Notes under the pieces: generated by a model | The model's input: the letters and a program-made list of their open reading frames with translations, nothing else | Databases searched by the model: none | What the model was told of the DNA's origin: nothing | Position numbers and translations under genes: made by a program | Assembly (NCBI GenBank): GCA_964399695.1 | Contig: CAYNRZ010000015.1 | Coordinates: 11,167 to 75,166, forward strand | DNA from: an uncultured Devosia sp. | GTDB lineage: Bacteria > Pseudomonadota > Alphaproteobacteria > Rhizobiales > Devosiaceae | Direction: 5' to 3' | Length of the DNA stretch: 64,000 nucleotides | Shown here: piece by piece, positions 31,117 through 41,291 of the stretch | How positions within the stretch are numbered: position 1 is the stretch's first letter | How the letters are laid out: every line of letters starts with the position of its first letter

Positions 31117-32333
31117 TTGGTGTTCCCAACAATGGCCGATGCGAAATCCGCGGCGGCAAAGGGTTCGAGATTGTCGACGCCTTCGCCGACGCCGATGAAA
31201 TGCACGGGCAGGCCGAACTTCCTGGCAATGGCCACCAGAATGCCGCCGCGCGCCGTGCCATCCAGCTTGGTCATGACCAGTCCTGTCACGCCGGCGCGTT
31301 TGCCGAAGATCTCGACCTGGCTGAGGGCATTCTGCCCGGTTGTTGCGTCGAGCGTCAGCAAGGTTGCGTGAGGGGCGGTGGGGTCCACCTTCTTGATGAC
31401 CCGGATGATCTTTTCGAGCTCGCTCATAAGCTCGTCGCGGTTCTGCAGCCGGCCAGCGGTATCGATGAGCAGCACGTCGGTGCCCTCGGCCCTGGCACGC
31501 TCCACCGCCTCATAGGCGAGGCCCGAGGCGTCCGAGCCGGCCGGCTTCTTGATCACCGGTGCGCCGGTGCGGTCGCCCCAGACCTGCAATTGCTCGATGG
31601 CGGCGGCGCGGAAGGTATCGCCGGCCGCCAGCATCACGGTCTTGCCCTGGCTCGCGTAAAGGCTGGCCAGCTTGCCGATGGTGGTGGTCTTGCCGGTGCC
31701 GTTGACCCCGACCATCAGGATGACGAACGGTCGGGCGCTGGTGTCGACAACCAGCGGCTTGGCCACCGGTTCGAGCGCAGCGGCGACCTCGGCAGCGAGT
31801 ACAGCGCGCACCTCGTCGTCGCCAATATCCTTGTCGAAGCGGTCGCGTCGCAGCACGTCGGTGACATGGGTGGCCATGTCCACGCCGAAATCGGCCTGGA
31901 TCAGGATGTCCTCGAGCTCGTCGAGCATCGCGGCATCGAGCTTGCGTTTGGTGAAGACGGCTGCAATCGAGCCGGTCAGCTGATCCGAAGAACGCTTCAG
32001 GCCCGAGGCCAGCCGCTGCAGCCAGTTCTGCTTCTTGGCCGGCTGCGGTGCCGGCTCAGGGGGAGCGGCAGGCTCTGGCGCCGCCACAGGCACAGGCGGC
32101 GCGGGATGGGTGCGCTCCTCGATCTCCTCCACATACTCAACCGTCGTCTCCGGCGGGCCGGGCGGCGGCAGGTCGTCGTCGAGCGAGGGCGGATCAACCG
32201 GCGGCGGCGCGGGGGTTGGCGACACTGGCGCGGGCGCCGGCGTGCCTTCGGGGTGCACCGCCTCGGGTGGCGCGGCCTGCTCCGCCGGGCCACCGCCAAA
32301 CAGGCGACGGAAAAAGCTCTTCTTTTCGGCCAT
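31113..32333 (-). CDS. ftsY: Signal recognition particle receptor FtsY
   Basis: 406 aa. Pro/Ala-rich N-terminus. NG domain with [33 protein letters not shown]. Confidence 0.95.
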   Translation of the reverse strand: MAEKKSFFRRLFGGGPAEQAAPPEAVHPEGTPAPAPVSPTPAPPPVDPPSLDDDLPPPGPPETTVEYVEEIEERTHPAPPVPVAAPEPAAPPEPAPQPAKKQNWLQRLASGLKRSSDQLTGSIAAVFTKRKLDAAMLDELEDILIQADFGVDMATHVTDVLRRDRFDKDIGDDEVRAVLAAEVAAALEPVAKPLVVDTSARPFVILMVGVNGTGKTTTIGKLASLYASQGKTVMLAAGDTFRAAAIEQLQVWGDRTGAPVIKKPAGSDASGLAYEAVERARAEGTDVLLIDTAGRLQNRDELMSELEKIIRVIKKVDPTAPHATLLTLDATTGQNALSQVEIFGKRAGVTGLVMTKLDGTARGGILVAIARKFGLPVHFIGVGEGVDNLEPFAAADFASAIVGNTK

Positions 32334-33597
32334 CAGGCAGCCGTCCTCATGGGTTCGCCGACGAGGCCGGCCTGGTTGCTGCCGGTGATCTTCACCGACA
32401 CGAGTTCGCCGCGGGCATGTCCCGGCATGGCGACGGGCAGGAACTGCTCCTGCCGTCCGATGCCGCCTTGCTCGACCAGCACGGTTTCGATGGCGCCAAG
32501 CCGCGTGGCGACGAGCTTTCGATACTGCTGCTCGCCCAGTGCCCTGAGCCGCGCAGCGCGGTGCCTGGTGACGGCACGATCCACCTGCGGCATACGCGCG
32601 GCGGGCGTGCCTGGGCGCGGGGAGTAGGAAAAGACGTGCAGATAGGTCAGCCCGGCCTCTTCGACGAAGGCGAGGGTGTTGTCGAACATCTCGTCGGTCT
32701 CGGTGGGAAAGCCCGCGATGATATCGGCGCCGAAGACGATGTCGGGGCGTAGCGCGCGCAGCTTGCCGACCACGCCCAGCGCCTCGGCGCGTGTATGGCG
32801 GCGCTTCATGCGCTTCAAAATCATGTCGTCGCCCGATTGCAGCGAAAGATGCAGATGCGGCATCAGCCGGCGATCGCTCGCCATGGCGTCATAGAATGCC
32901 TCGTCCGCCTCGATGGAATCGATCGAGGAAATCCGCAGCCGCGGCAACTCGGGTACATGCCGAAGGATCTGCTGCACCAGCTTGCCGAGGGTGGGCATGC
33001 CCGGCAGGTCGGGACCGTAGGAGGTGATGTCCACCCCGGTCAGCACCACCTCGCGACAGCCATTGCCGACCAGCCTTCTGATCTGCTCGACCACCAGTCC
33101 CATCGGCACGGAGCGCGAGGGCCCGCGGCCGAACGGAATGATGCAGAAGGTGCAGCGATGGTCACAGCCGTTCTGCACCTGCACGAAGGCCCGGGTGTGG
33201 CCATCGAGGCCGTCGATCAGGTGTGCGGCGGTCTCGCGCACGCTCATGATGTCGTTGACCTGCACCTTGTCGTTCAGCGCAATGCCGAACAGCATCGGCC
33301 GGTAACTTTCGGCCCTGAGCTTGTCGTTGTTGCCGATCACCAGGTCGACCTCGGCCATGTCGCCGAAGGTACGTGCCTCGGTCTGCGCCGCGCAGCCGGT
33401 GACGATGATCCGAGCGGCGGGCCTGTCGCGGCGGGCCCGGCGGATCGCCTGCTTCGCCTGCTTGACCGCCTCGGCGGTGACCGCGCAGGTGTTGACGATA
33501 ATGGCATCGTCGAGCCCGGCCTTTTCGGCCTCGGCCTTCATCACCTCGGATTCATAGGCGTTGAGGCGGCAGCCGAATGTCAGCGTCTCGATCGCCA
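32333..33597 (-). CDS. mtaB: tRNA (t6A37) methylthiotransferase MtaB (MiaB-like radical SAM enzyme)
   Basis: Start ATG 33597 ([18 protein letters not shown]...). Radical-SAM CDHRCTFCIIP. The longer track ORF (to 33973) overlaps dapF out of frame. Confidence 0.88.
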
Positions 33598-34503
33598 TCA
33601 GGCGGTGGCCCGGCTGAGGGTCTGCCGGTCGTCCGCGCTCCAGGCGCCAGTCATCGGGTCGAAGCTGCCGGCGAACTCGCGCTCGGCCGGGCCGGTGAGC
33701 AGCACATGGTCGTCGGCACGCCATTCGATGACGAGATCGCCACCGGGAAGGGTCACCGTCGCCTTGCGGCCGGTGCGCCGGGTGCGCGCGGCATTGACCA
33801 GGGCGGCGCAGGCGGCGGTGCCGCAGGCGCGGGTCAGGCCGGCACCGCGTTCCCAGGTCCTGAGGATGATATGGTCGGGCGCCACCACCTGGGCAATCGA
33901 GATATTGGCGCGCTCGGGAAAGATCGGGTGGTTTTCGAGCAGCGGTCCGAAGCGGTCGAGCGCGTAGTTCCACACGTCGTCATTCACCCAGAATGTCGCG
34001 TGCGGGTTGCCCATCGAGGCAACCGATGGCGTGTGCAGCACCGGCGCGTCGATCGGCCCGATCTGCAGCTCGATCCCGGTGGTGTCGACAAACTCCTCGG
34101 CGAGCGGAATCTCTTCCCAGCCGAAGCGCGGCTTGCCCATGTCGACGGTGATCAGCCCGTCCTCATGCTCGTCACCGGTCAGGATCCCCGCCAGCGTCTC
34201 GAAGACGAAGTGCCGCGTTCCAGTCTCGGCGCTCAGCGCCTGCACCACGCAGCGCATGCCATTGCCGCAAGCCTGGGCCAGCGAGCCGTCGGAATTGATG
34301 ATCTCGATATAGTTGGCCGTGCCCGGCGAACGCGGATCGTGGATCGCCATGATCTGGTCGAACCTCGTCGCCGGATCGGCGTTCAGGGCCACCGCCGCCG
34401 CCGGCGACACCTTGCCCGCGCGGCCGCGCATGTCGGCCACGATGATCTCGTTGCCGAGCCCGTTCATCTTGAGGAATGGGGCCGTCGAAGGGGCCTGGGA
34501 CAT
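33598..34503 (-). CDS. dapF: Diaminopimelate epimerase
   Basis: 301 aa. [13 protein letters not shown]...ACGNGMRCV...ACGTAACA (the two catalytic Cys motifs). Confidence 0.93.
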   Translation of the reverse strand: MSQAPSTAPFLKMNGLGNEIIVADMRGRAGKVSPAAAVALNADPATRFDQIMAIHDPRSPGTANYIEIINSDGSLAQACGNGMRCVVQALSAETGTRHFVFETLAGILTGDEHEDGLITVDMGKPRFGWEEIPLAEEFVDTTGIELQIGPIDAPVLHTPSVASMGNPHATFWVNDDVWNYALDRFGPLLENHPIFPERANISIAQVVAPDHIILRTWERGAGLTRACGTAACAALVNAARTRRTGRKATVTLPGGDLVIEWRADDHVLLTGPAEREFAGSFDPMTGAWSADDRQTLSRATA

Positions 34504-34686
34504 CGCAATACCTGCGCCGGGCGTTCAGTTCGGCCCTATATGGCGGATGTGGGCGACAATTGCCAGTGCGCGGGGCGGTGAGCGCCATGGTGCCGCCAGA
34601 ATCGCAAGACTTGGTCACGCGCCTTGCTTGAGGGAGTTTGCGATGTTTTACCGAGCCCGGTTTCACACCTCCAGTCCCCAGACGGA

Positions 34687-35190
34687 ATGGGTGAGCGAAG
34701 GCTGACCGTGGCGCCGATTGCCTTGCGCCACCGCTGGGCGGTGGAGCTCCTCGCCCCGAAGCCGGGCGAGCGGGTGCTGGAGATCGGCTGCGGCCATGGG
34801 CTGGCCACCGGGCTGGCGCTGGTCAGCGGCGCCGAAGTGGTCGCCGTGGATCGCTCGACCAAGATGGTCGCCGCCTGCCGCAAGCGAAACGCTGCCTTCG
34901 AGCGCCTGACCGTCCTCGAAGGCAACTTCGAGACGTTGGCATTGCGCGGTTTCGACGCGGTATTCGCCATCAATGTCGATTTCGTCCGGCACCCCGATCA
35001 GGGCTGGGCGAAAGCGCTGGCCGTGGCGACGAGGCCCGGCGGCCGCATCGTTCTCGTCCTAGAAGCCCCGGTACTGCGCACCGCCGAACGCTTCGCCCTC
35101 GCCGCCGCAGCAAGTCTCGCCGGTGTGGGGTTCGAGCTCGATACGCTGTTGAGCGAGGGGATGGTGGCGGTCAGGTGCGTGCGGCAATGA
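34687..35190 (+). CDS. Class I SAM-dependent methyltransferase
   Basis: Motif I VLEIGCGHGLATGLAL. The start is uncertain (ATG 34687, or the track start 34624). Confidence 0.7.
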   Translation: MGERRLTVAPIALRHRWAVELLAPKPGERVLEIGCGHGLATGLALVSGAEVVAVDRSTKMVAACRKRNAAFERLTVLEGNFETLALRGFDAVFAINVDFVRHPDQGWAKALAVATRPGGRIVLVLEAPVLRTAERFALAAAASLAGVGFELDTLLSEGMVAVRCVRQ

Positions 35191-35214
35191 ATACCCGGCT
35201 TGCCCGGCGAGCAG

Positions 35215-35700
35215 CTACGGCTTGGGTAGCTTGCGCACGAGACTCTTCAGGCTGGTCTTGCGCTTCTGGAGGATGAAGGGTGCCGCGTCGCCTTTCGCCA
35301 GTCCAAGCACATCACCCTGTGCCCGCTCGATCGGGCCGATGAGGTAGAAGCCGGCCTTCTGACATTCCCAACTGCCGCCCGACTGGTTCGTTGCCAGGTT
35401 ATAGGAGTTGGCAGGGTACTTGAAGCACATGTTGAAGACGCTGGGATTGTCGGTTCGCTCCAGTTTCCATTGCCCCTTAACGATCACCTTGTTGCCGGGG
35501 TACAGAAGATAGGTCTTTCCATTCGAGCCATTATACTCCACCTGGGTGCCGTGCACCCGGTCGTAGAACAACATCGTCATGTTGGCGATCTGCGCTTTCG
35601 TTTCGTCGTAGCCAATGATGTAGGGCTTGGCGGACGACGAGGAGAGAGCAACGGACCATAGAATCAGAAACGTCACTGATAACAGGACGCGCAAATGCAT
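35215..35700 (-). CDS. Orphan exported hypothetical protein, lower-GC gene
   Basis: Start ATG 35700 (MHLRVLLSVTFLILWSVALSSSSAKP, a signal peptide). About 52-53% GC by hand count on two 60-nt lines, against about 65% for the neighbours. No family recognised. Confidence 0.6.
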   Translation of the reverse strand: MHLRVLLSVTFLILWSVALSSSSAKPYIIGYDETKAQIANMTMLFYDRVHGTQVEYNGSNGKTYLLYPGNKVIVKGQWKLERTDNPSVFNMCFKYPANSYNLATNQSGGSWECQKAGFYLIGPIERAQGDVLGLAKGDAAPFILQKRKTSLKSLVRKLPKP

Positions 35701-36060
35701 GATGAAACCCCGCCTGTATTTCGAAAAGCAATGACATGATTGTGCGTAGCGGGTAAGTGGTCTTGCAGCAGATTCTGCGACGCGCCGGGCGCATGTCGAT
35801 CCCACCCCCCTTCCTTGACTCCACCCCCATCCTCCTCTATTTCCCGCGCCATCCATCAGGTTCACCCCTGACGGCCGACCGGGACCCGTAAAGGTATAAA
35901 GAGATCCCGGAGGCTCACACCCGACAGCGCGATGCGCCCTCGGGTGGGTTTGGCGTTTGCGCTGATGGATACGGCTCGCGGCCTTTCGGGGTGGCGATGC
36001 CGGCCTTGACGACCTATCTCCGGTTCCGGGTCAGCCTGCAGCGGAACCAAAGGACGAAAA

Positions 36061-37659
36061 ATGTTCGAAAGCCTTAGCGACCGGCTTGGCAAGATCTTCG
36101 ACGGGCTTCGTGGCCGCGGCGCGCTCAGCGAGAGCGACGTGGATGCGGCGCTGCGCGAAGTGCGCCGGGCGCTGCTCGAGGCCGACGTCTCGCTCGAAGT
36201 GGTCAAGGCGTTTGTCGAACAGGTGCGCGAGCGCGCTGTCGGCGCCGAGGTCACCCGCTCGGTGACGCCGGGCCAGCAGGTCATCAAGATCGTCCATGAC
36301 GAGCTGGTCAAGGTGCTGGGCACCACCCAGGTGCCGATCGACTTCAATACCACCCCGCCGATGACCATGCTGATGGTCGGCCTCCAGGGTGCCGGCAAGA
36401 CCACGCATGCCGGCAAGATCGCCAAGCGGATGAAGGAGCGGCAGGGCAAGAAGGTCCTGCTCGCCTCGCTCGACGATCGCCGCCCGGCCGCCAAGGAACA
36501 GTTGCGCGTCCTCGGCGAGCAGATCGGCGTCGATACGCTCCCGATCCAGCTCAATGAAAAGCCCGTCGACATCGCCCGTCGCGCGCAGCGCGAGGCGAAG
36601 CTCGGTGGCTATGACGTCGTCATTCTCGACACTGCCGGCCGCACGCATGTCGACGAAGAGCTGATGGCAGAGACGGCAGCGGTGAAGGCCGCCACCGATC
36701 CCCACGAAATCCTGCTCGTCGCCGATGCGCTCACCGGCCAGGACGCGGTCAATCTCGCCCGCTCGTTCGACCAGACCGTCGACATCACCGGCATCGTCCT
36801 GACCCGCGTCGACGGCGATGGCCGTGGCGGCGCGGCGCTCTCGATGCGAGCCGCCACCGGCAAGCCGATCAAGCTGATCGGTACCGGCGAAAAGATGGAT
36901 GCGCTCGAGGATTTCCATCCCGGCCGCATCGCCGACCGTATTCTCGGCATGGGCGATATCGTCAGCCTTGTTGAAAAGGCGGCGCAGAACGTTACGGCCG
37001 AAGACGCGGCCAAGATGGCGAAGAAGCTCAAGAAGGGCGTCTTCGACCTCGAGGATCTGCGCAGCCAGCTCTTGCAGATGAAGAAGATGGGCGGCATGGG
37101 CGCCCTGATGGGCATGATGCCCGGCATGGGCCAGATGAAAAAGGCCATGGCCGGCGCCAATGTCGACGAAAAGGTGTTCGACCGGCAGGTCGCGATCATC
37201 AACTCGATGACCAAGGCCGAGCGCGCCAATCCGGACCTGCTCAATGCCAAGCGGCGCATCCGCATCGCCAAGGGCTCGGGCACCAAGGTCGAGGACGTCA
37301 ACAAGCTGATGAAGCAGCACCGCCAGATGGCGGACATGATGAAGAAGGTGTCCAAGGGCGGCATGGGTGCCATCGGCAACATGCTGGGTGGCAAGATGGG
37401 CGGCCGTATCCCCGGCATGGGCGACATGAGCCCCGAGAACATGGACCCGGCCGAACTCGAGCGCATGGCGCGCCAGCTTGGCATCGATCCCAATTCCATT
37501 CCGCGCGAAGGGGCTGCGGCCCCCAAGGCGCTGACCGAAAAGCTGCCGACCGATGTCGGCCAGCTGCTCAAATCCAGCCCGGGCATGCCCGGGCTTGGCG
37601 GCTCCCGCTTCCCCAGCCTTCCGGGGCTGGGTGGCGGGTTCGTGCCGAAAAAGAAGTAA
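36061..37659 (+). CDS. ffh: Signal recognition particle protein Ffh
   Basis: 532 aa. GLQGAGKTT, DTAGR, Met-rich M domain (GMGALMGMMPGMGQMKK). Confidence 0.96.
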   Translation: MFESLSDRLGKIFDGLRGRGALSESDVDAALREVRRALLEADVSLEVVKAFVEQVRERAVGAEVTRSVTPGQQVIKIVHDELVKVLGTTQVPIDFNTTPPMTMLMVGLQGAGKTTHAGKIAKRMKERQGKKVLLASLDDRRPAAKEQLRVLGEQIGVDTLPIQLNEKPVDIARRAQREAKLGGYDVVILDTAGRTHVDEELMAETAAVKAATDPHEILLVADALTGQDAVNLARSFDQTVDITGIVLTRVDGDGRGGAALSMRAATGKPIKLIGTGEKMDALEDFHPGRIADRILGMGDIVSLVEKAAQNVTAEDAAKMAKKLKKGVFDLEDLRSQLLQMKKMGGMGALMGMMPGMGQMKKAMAGANVDEKVFDRQVAIINSMTKAERANPDLLNAKRRIRIAKGSGTKVEDVNKLMKQHRQMADMMKKVSKGGMGAIGNMLGGKMGGRIPGMGDMSPENMDPAELERMARQLGIDPNSIPREGAAAPKALTEKLPTDVGQLLKSSPGMPGLGGSRFPSLPGLGGGFVPKKK

Positions 37660-37698
37660 CCAGACCAACCCTCAGACGATCAACTCAAGGACTGACCA

Positions 37699-38085
37699 AT
37701 GAGCCTCAAACTCCGCCTCGCCCGTGCCGGCACCAAGAAGCGCCCCTATTACCATGTCGTGGTTGCCGATGCCCGCTCGCCGCGCGATGGCCGCTTCATC
37801 GAGAAGGTGGGCACCTATGATCCCAAGCTCGCCGACAAGGAAAAGCGCGTGACCCTCGTCACCGACCGCGTCAGCTACTGGCTGGGCGTCGGCGCCACCC
37901 CGACCGATCGCGTTGCCCGCTTTGTCGATGCCGCCGGCCTCAAGACCCGCGCGCCGCGCAACAACCCCGAAAAGGGTGTGCCGGGCAAGAAGGCGACCGA
38001 GCGCGCCGAGGCCAAGGCCAAGGCCCAGGCCGATGCGGCTGCCGCTGCCGCTGCTCCGGCTGAAGAAGCCGCTGCGTCCGAGTAA
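37699..38085 (+). CDS. rpsP: 30S ribosomal protein S16 with Ala/Lys/Glu-rich C-terminal extension
   Basis: [42 protein letters not shown]... Confidence 0.95.
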   Translation: MSLKLRLARAGTKKRPYYHVVVADARSPRDGRFIEKVGTYDPKLADKEKRVTLVTDRVSYWLGVGATPTDRVARFVDAAGLKTRAPRNNPEKGVPGKKATERAEAKAKAQADAAAAAAAPAEEAAASE

Positions 38086-38088
38086 GTC

Positions 38089-38634
38089 GTGCCGTCCGGC
38101 GGCACTCAGAACGGCAAGCTCCTCATGGGCCGCATCGGTGCGGCCCATGGCATCAGGGGCGAGGTCCGCATCCAGTCCTTCACCGAGGACCCGATGGCGC
38201 TCGCCTCATATGGCCCGCTTTCGACCAACAAGCCGGGCCTCACCGTCGAAATCCTCGCGGCGCGCACCACCACCAATGTGCTGGTGGCGCGGCTGAAGGG
38301 CGTCACCGACCGCAATGCTGCCGAGCGGCTCAACGGGGTCGAGCTCTATGTCGATCGGGCGCTGCTGCCCCCGACCGAGGACGAGGACGATTTCTACCAT
38401 GCCGACCTGATCGGGCTCACCGCCCGGCTCAGCGACGGCACCGAGATCGGCAAGGTCGCAGCGGTGCCGAACTATGGCGCCGGCGACCTCATCGAAGTGC
38501 GCGACCCGCGCGGCGGCGACACCTACCTCTATCCGTTCACGCGCGCGGTGGTGCCAGAGGTCAATATCGCCGGCGGCTTCCTTGTCATCGTCCCGCCGAT
38601 CGAGGCCGAAATCGGCGAAGAGGAGCCGGATTGA
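38089..38634 (+). CDS. rimM: Ribosome maturation factor RimM
   Basis: GTG 38089 (ATG 38125 is an alternative). [22 protein letters not shown]... Confidence 0.9.
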   Translation: MPSGGTQNGKLLMGRIGAAHGIRGEVRIQSFTEDPMALASYGPLSTNKPGLTVEILAARTTTNVLVARLKGVTDRNAAERLNGVELYVDRALLPPTEDEDDFYHADLIGLTARLSDGTEIGKVAAVPNYGAGDLIEVRDPRGGDTYLYPFTRAVVPEVNIAGGFLVIVPPIEAEIGEEEPD

Positions 38635-39329
38635 GCTTTTCGGCGGACGTCGTCACGCTGTTCCCCGAACTGTTTCCCGGCCCGCTCGGCGCCTCGATCC
38701 TCGGCCGCGGGCTGGCAGATAGTCTGTGGTCGCTGAAAGCCACCCAACTCCGGGATTTCGCCACCGACCGGCATCGCACCGTCGACGACACCCCATCGGG
38801 TGGCGGCGCCGGCATGGTGCTGAAGCCCGATATTCTTGCCCGCGCCATCGATCAGGTCTCCCCTGAGGGCGATCCGCGGCCGCGGCTGCTGATGAGCCCA
38901 CGCGGGCGACCGCTCGATCAGGCGCGGGTGCGCCAGCTTGCGGCCGGTCCCGGCGTGGTCATCGTCTGCGGCCGCTTCGAGGGTGTCGACCAGCGCATCA
39001 TCGAGGCGCGCGGCCTCGAGGAGGTGTCGATCGGCGACTACGTGCTCGCCGGCGGCGAAGTGGCGGCCATGGTGGTGCTGGAAGCGATCGTGCGGCTCTT
39101 GCCGGGCGTCCTCGGCGCGGCCGAAAGCCAGGTCGAAGAGAGTTTCGAATCGGGCCTGCTCGAATATCCGCAATATACGCGCCCGCAGCTGTTTGAAGGT
39201 CGCGAGATCCCAGCCGTGCTGACCTCTGGCGATCACGGCAAGGTCGCTGCCTGGCGCCGTGCCGAGGCGGAGAAATTGACGCGGGAGCGGCGGCCAGACC
39301 TTGTAGAAGCGTCGAAGCCGCGTGGGTGA
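38631..39329 (+). CDS. trmD: tRNA (guanine37-N1)-methyltransferase TrmD
   Basis: TTG start overlapping the rimM stop, GGAG 5 nt upstream. [13 protein letters not shown]...[16 protein letters not shown]...YTRP. Confidence 0.93.
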   Translation: MSFSADVVTLFPELFPGPLGASILGRGLADSLWSLKATQLRDFATDRHRTVDDTPSGGGAGMVLKPDILARAIDQVSPEGDPRPRLLMSPRGRPLDQARVRQLAAGPGVVIVCGRFEGVDQRIIEARGLEEVSIGDYVLAGGEVAAMVVLEAIVRLLPGVLGAAESQVEESFESGLLEYPQYTRPQLFEGREIPAVLTSGDHGKVAAWRRAEAEKLTRERRPDLVEASKPRG

Positions 39330-39515
39330 GACGCGGGGTGTCCGAACCGCTCGGAGCCCCTAGACTCTTGGGCATTCTTGCTCTATAGCCGCGCACGCTC
39401 GTGCCAACGTGCCGGGCCAATAGCGCAAAACAATCCGTGCAAAACCAAGACCGGGCGGTCGGCCCTCAAAGCCGGCGAAACGCTCCTTTGAAAAGATCAA
39501 AGAACGGAAACTCTG

Positions 39516-40064
39516 ATGTCGAACATCATCGAAGAACTGAACAAGGAGCAGCACGAGAAGCTGCTCGCCAAGTCGAACCATCCGGAATTCACCCATGGCG
39601 ATACCGTCAAGGTGTGGGTGAAGATCCGCGAAGGCGACAAGGAACGCCTGCAGGCCTATGAGGGCGTGGTCATCGCCCGCTCCGGCTCGGGCATCATGGA
39701 AAGCTTCACGGTCCGCAAGATTTCGTACGGCGAAGGCGTCGAGCGCGTGTTCCCCGTGCTGTCGCCCAATGTCGACAAGATCGAAGTGATCAAGCGCGGC
39801 AAGGTGCGTCGCGCCAAGCTCTATTACCTGCGCGATCGTCGCGGCAAGTCGGCCCGTATCTTCGAGAACACCGGCGCCCGCACCAAGAAGATCGAGGCCA
39901 CCGAGCGCGAGGCCGCCGTGTCGGCCAAGAACGCGCGCGAAGCCGAGCGCATTGCGGCTGCCGAGGCGCTGGCCGCCGAGGTCGCCGAGAAGGAAGCCGC
40001 GGCTGCCGCTGAGGCTGCTGCTGCCGCCGCTGCGGCTCCGGCTGAAGAGTCCAAGAGCGAATAA
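39516..40064 (+). CDS. rplS: 50S ribosomal protein L19 with Ala/Glu-rich C-terminal extension
   Basis: [12 protein letters not shown]...[33 protein letters not shown]...[15 protein letters not shown]. Confidence 0.95.
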   Translation: MSNIIEELNKEQHEKLLAKSNHPEFTHGDTVKVWVKIREGDKERLQAYEGVVIARSGSGIMESFTVRKISYGEGVERVFPVLSPNVDKIEVIKRGKVRRAKLYYLRDRRGKSARIFENTGARTKKIEATEREAAVSAKNAREAERIAAAEALAAEVAEKEAAAAAEAAAAAAAAPAEESKSE

Positions 40065-40092
40065 GCTCATCGGCATCTTGCCATCGATTTCG

Positions 40093-40126
40093 AAAGCCCG
40101 GCCATTGCGCCGGGCTTTTCTCGTTT
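40093..40126 (+). terminator. Rho-independent terminator after rplS
   Basis: AAAGCCCGGC-cattgc-GCCGGGCTTT followed by TCTCGTTTC. Confidence 0.75.
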
Positions 40127-40213
40127 CGGGTGACCCAAGGGCGCCGAATCTGCGATAGTCGCAACGCGACTGGAGTCCGGCACGTTCCAGGCGCACTCTC
40201 CAGGGAGCACCAG

Positions 40214-40810
40214 ATGGACGACAGTGCGCTCCGGGCCGAAATCGCGGCTCAGCTCAGGGACGAAGCGCGGCAGTTGCTGACCGAATCCGGCCTGCTGGCC
40301 TTGCTGCAGCAGCGGTTCGGCGAGGCCATGATCACCGGTAGTGCCGGCTACGACCTGATGGTGTGGCGCGATATCGACATCCACCTGCCTTGCAGCGAGG
40401 AGCGGGTCACCGAGTGGGCGGCCCTTGCCGCTGACGTCGCGGCCGAACTCACCCGAACCGGTTTCGCGTTGCACCGCGCCGAATACATCAACGACTACCT
40501 CGACCCCACGCCGGGCGGGGCCGGCCTCTACTGGGGCTTTTCGCTGCGCGATCGCGTCGGCAATCCGTGGCGCTGCGATATCTGGGGCTGGGAGCCGTTC
40601 GACTATGCGGTACGTCAGGCCCGCGACGACAATTTCCGCGCCGACCTCGTCGGCTGCGACCGCGACCTGATCCTCAGGCTCAAGCACGAGGCCCTGGCCC
40701 GCGACGGCTATTACGGCACGCTGGTTACCAGCTTCGACATCTATGAATTCGCCATGGCCCAGGCCGGCCAGACCCTCGAGGAACTCGAGGCCTGGAAGGG
40801 CATCGCCTGA
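40214..40810 (+). CDS. Hypothetical protein with Pol-beta-type nucleotidyltransferase signature
   Basis: ATG 40214 (GGAG 6 nt upstream). ITGSAGYDLMVWRDIDIHL fits the hG[GS]-x9-13-DhD NTase motif. The rest is unassigned. Confidence 0.65.
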   Translation: MDDSALRAEIAAQLRDEARQLLTESGLLALLQQRFGEAMITGSAGYDLMVWRDIDIHLPCSEERVTEWAALAADVAAELTRTGFALHRAEYINDYLDPTPGGAGLYWGFSLRDRVGNPWRCDIWGWEPFDYAVRQARDDNFRADLVGCDRDLILRLKHEALARDGYYGTLVTSFDIYEFAMAQAGQTLEELEAWKGIA

Positions 40811-40822
40811 TCAGGCTGGCGG

Positions 40823-41290
40823 CTACTCCACCAGCTTGGCCAGCTGCGCCGCCACAGTCCCCCAACCATCCTGAAAGCCCGCCTCTTCGTGCATCTGCCG
40901 GTCCGCCGGCGAGCGGTGCATGACATGAGCAGTGTAGTCGGTGCCCTCGGGGTGGTCGGCGAAGGTGATGATCGCCGTCATGAAGCCGGGGTCGGCCGGG
41001 CGATAGCGCGAGGTCACCACATTGGTGTAAACGAGGCGCCGGCCTTCCTCGACGTCGAGAAACAACCCGTCGATATGTGGGGTGAACGGGCCGCCATCTT
41101 CGCTCATCGCCGTCAGCAGCGCGCCGCCAGGGCGCACCTCCAGGCGGTCGACGCGGAGGATCGAAGGCTCGGGCAGGAACCACCTCGCCAGTTTCGCCGG
41201 GTCGGTCCAGGCCTGCCACAGGCGCGCGCGCGGCGCCTTGATGATGCGCGTGATGGTGAGGTCGCGTTCGGCGTCGAAGTTGGCAGGCAT
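40823..41290 (-). CDS. SRPBCC (AHSA1/START-like) domain protein
   Basis: 155 aa. LTITRIIKAPRARLWQAWTDPAKLARWF... Forms a classic pair with the upstream ArsR regulator. Confidence 0.82.
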   Translation of the reverse strand: MPANFDAERDLTITRIIKAPRARLWQAWTDPAKLARWFLPEPSILRVDRLEVRPGGALLTAMSEDGGPFTPHIDGLFLDVEEGRRLVYTNVVTSRYRPADPGFMTAIITFADHPEGTDYTAHVMHRSPADRQMHEEAGFQDGWGTVAAQLAKLVE

Positions 41291-41291
41291 C

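Noticed and set aside
36022-36048. Hairpin GGTTCCG...CGGAACC just upstream of ffh, considered as part of an SRP (4.5S) RNA gene
   Set aside because: The conserved SRP RNA domain IV motifs are absent and the element is only 27 nt. It is most likely a simple 5'-UTR hairpin. No SRP RNA gene is supported in this window.
36031-37668. 545-aa minus-strand ORF (and 36609..37586, 325 aa)
   Set aside because: Antisense to ffh, which has unambiguous SRP54 motifs on the plus strand.
39790-40164. Poly-Ala / Arg-rich ORFs on the minus strand opposite the rplS tail (39824..40054, 39790..40164), and Gly-rich ORFs opposite the ftsY N-terminus (32035..32388)
   Set aside because: They are mirror images of low-complexity Ala/Glu or Pro/Ala coding segments, so they are compositional artefacts.
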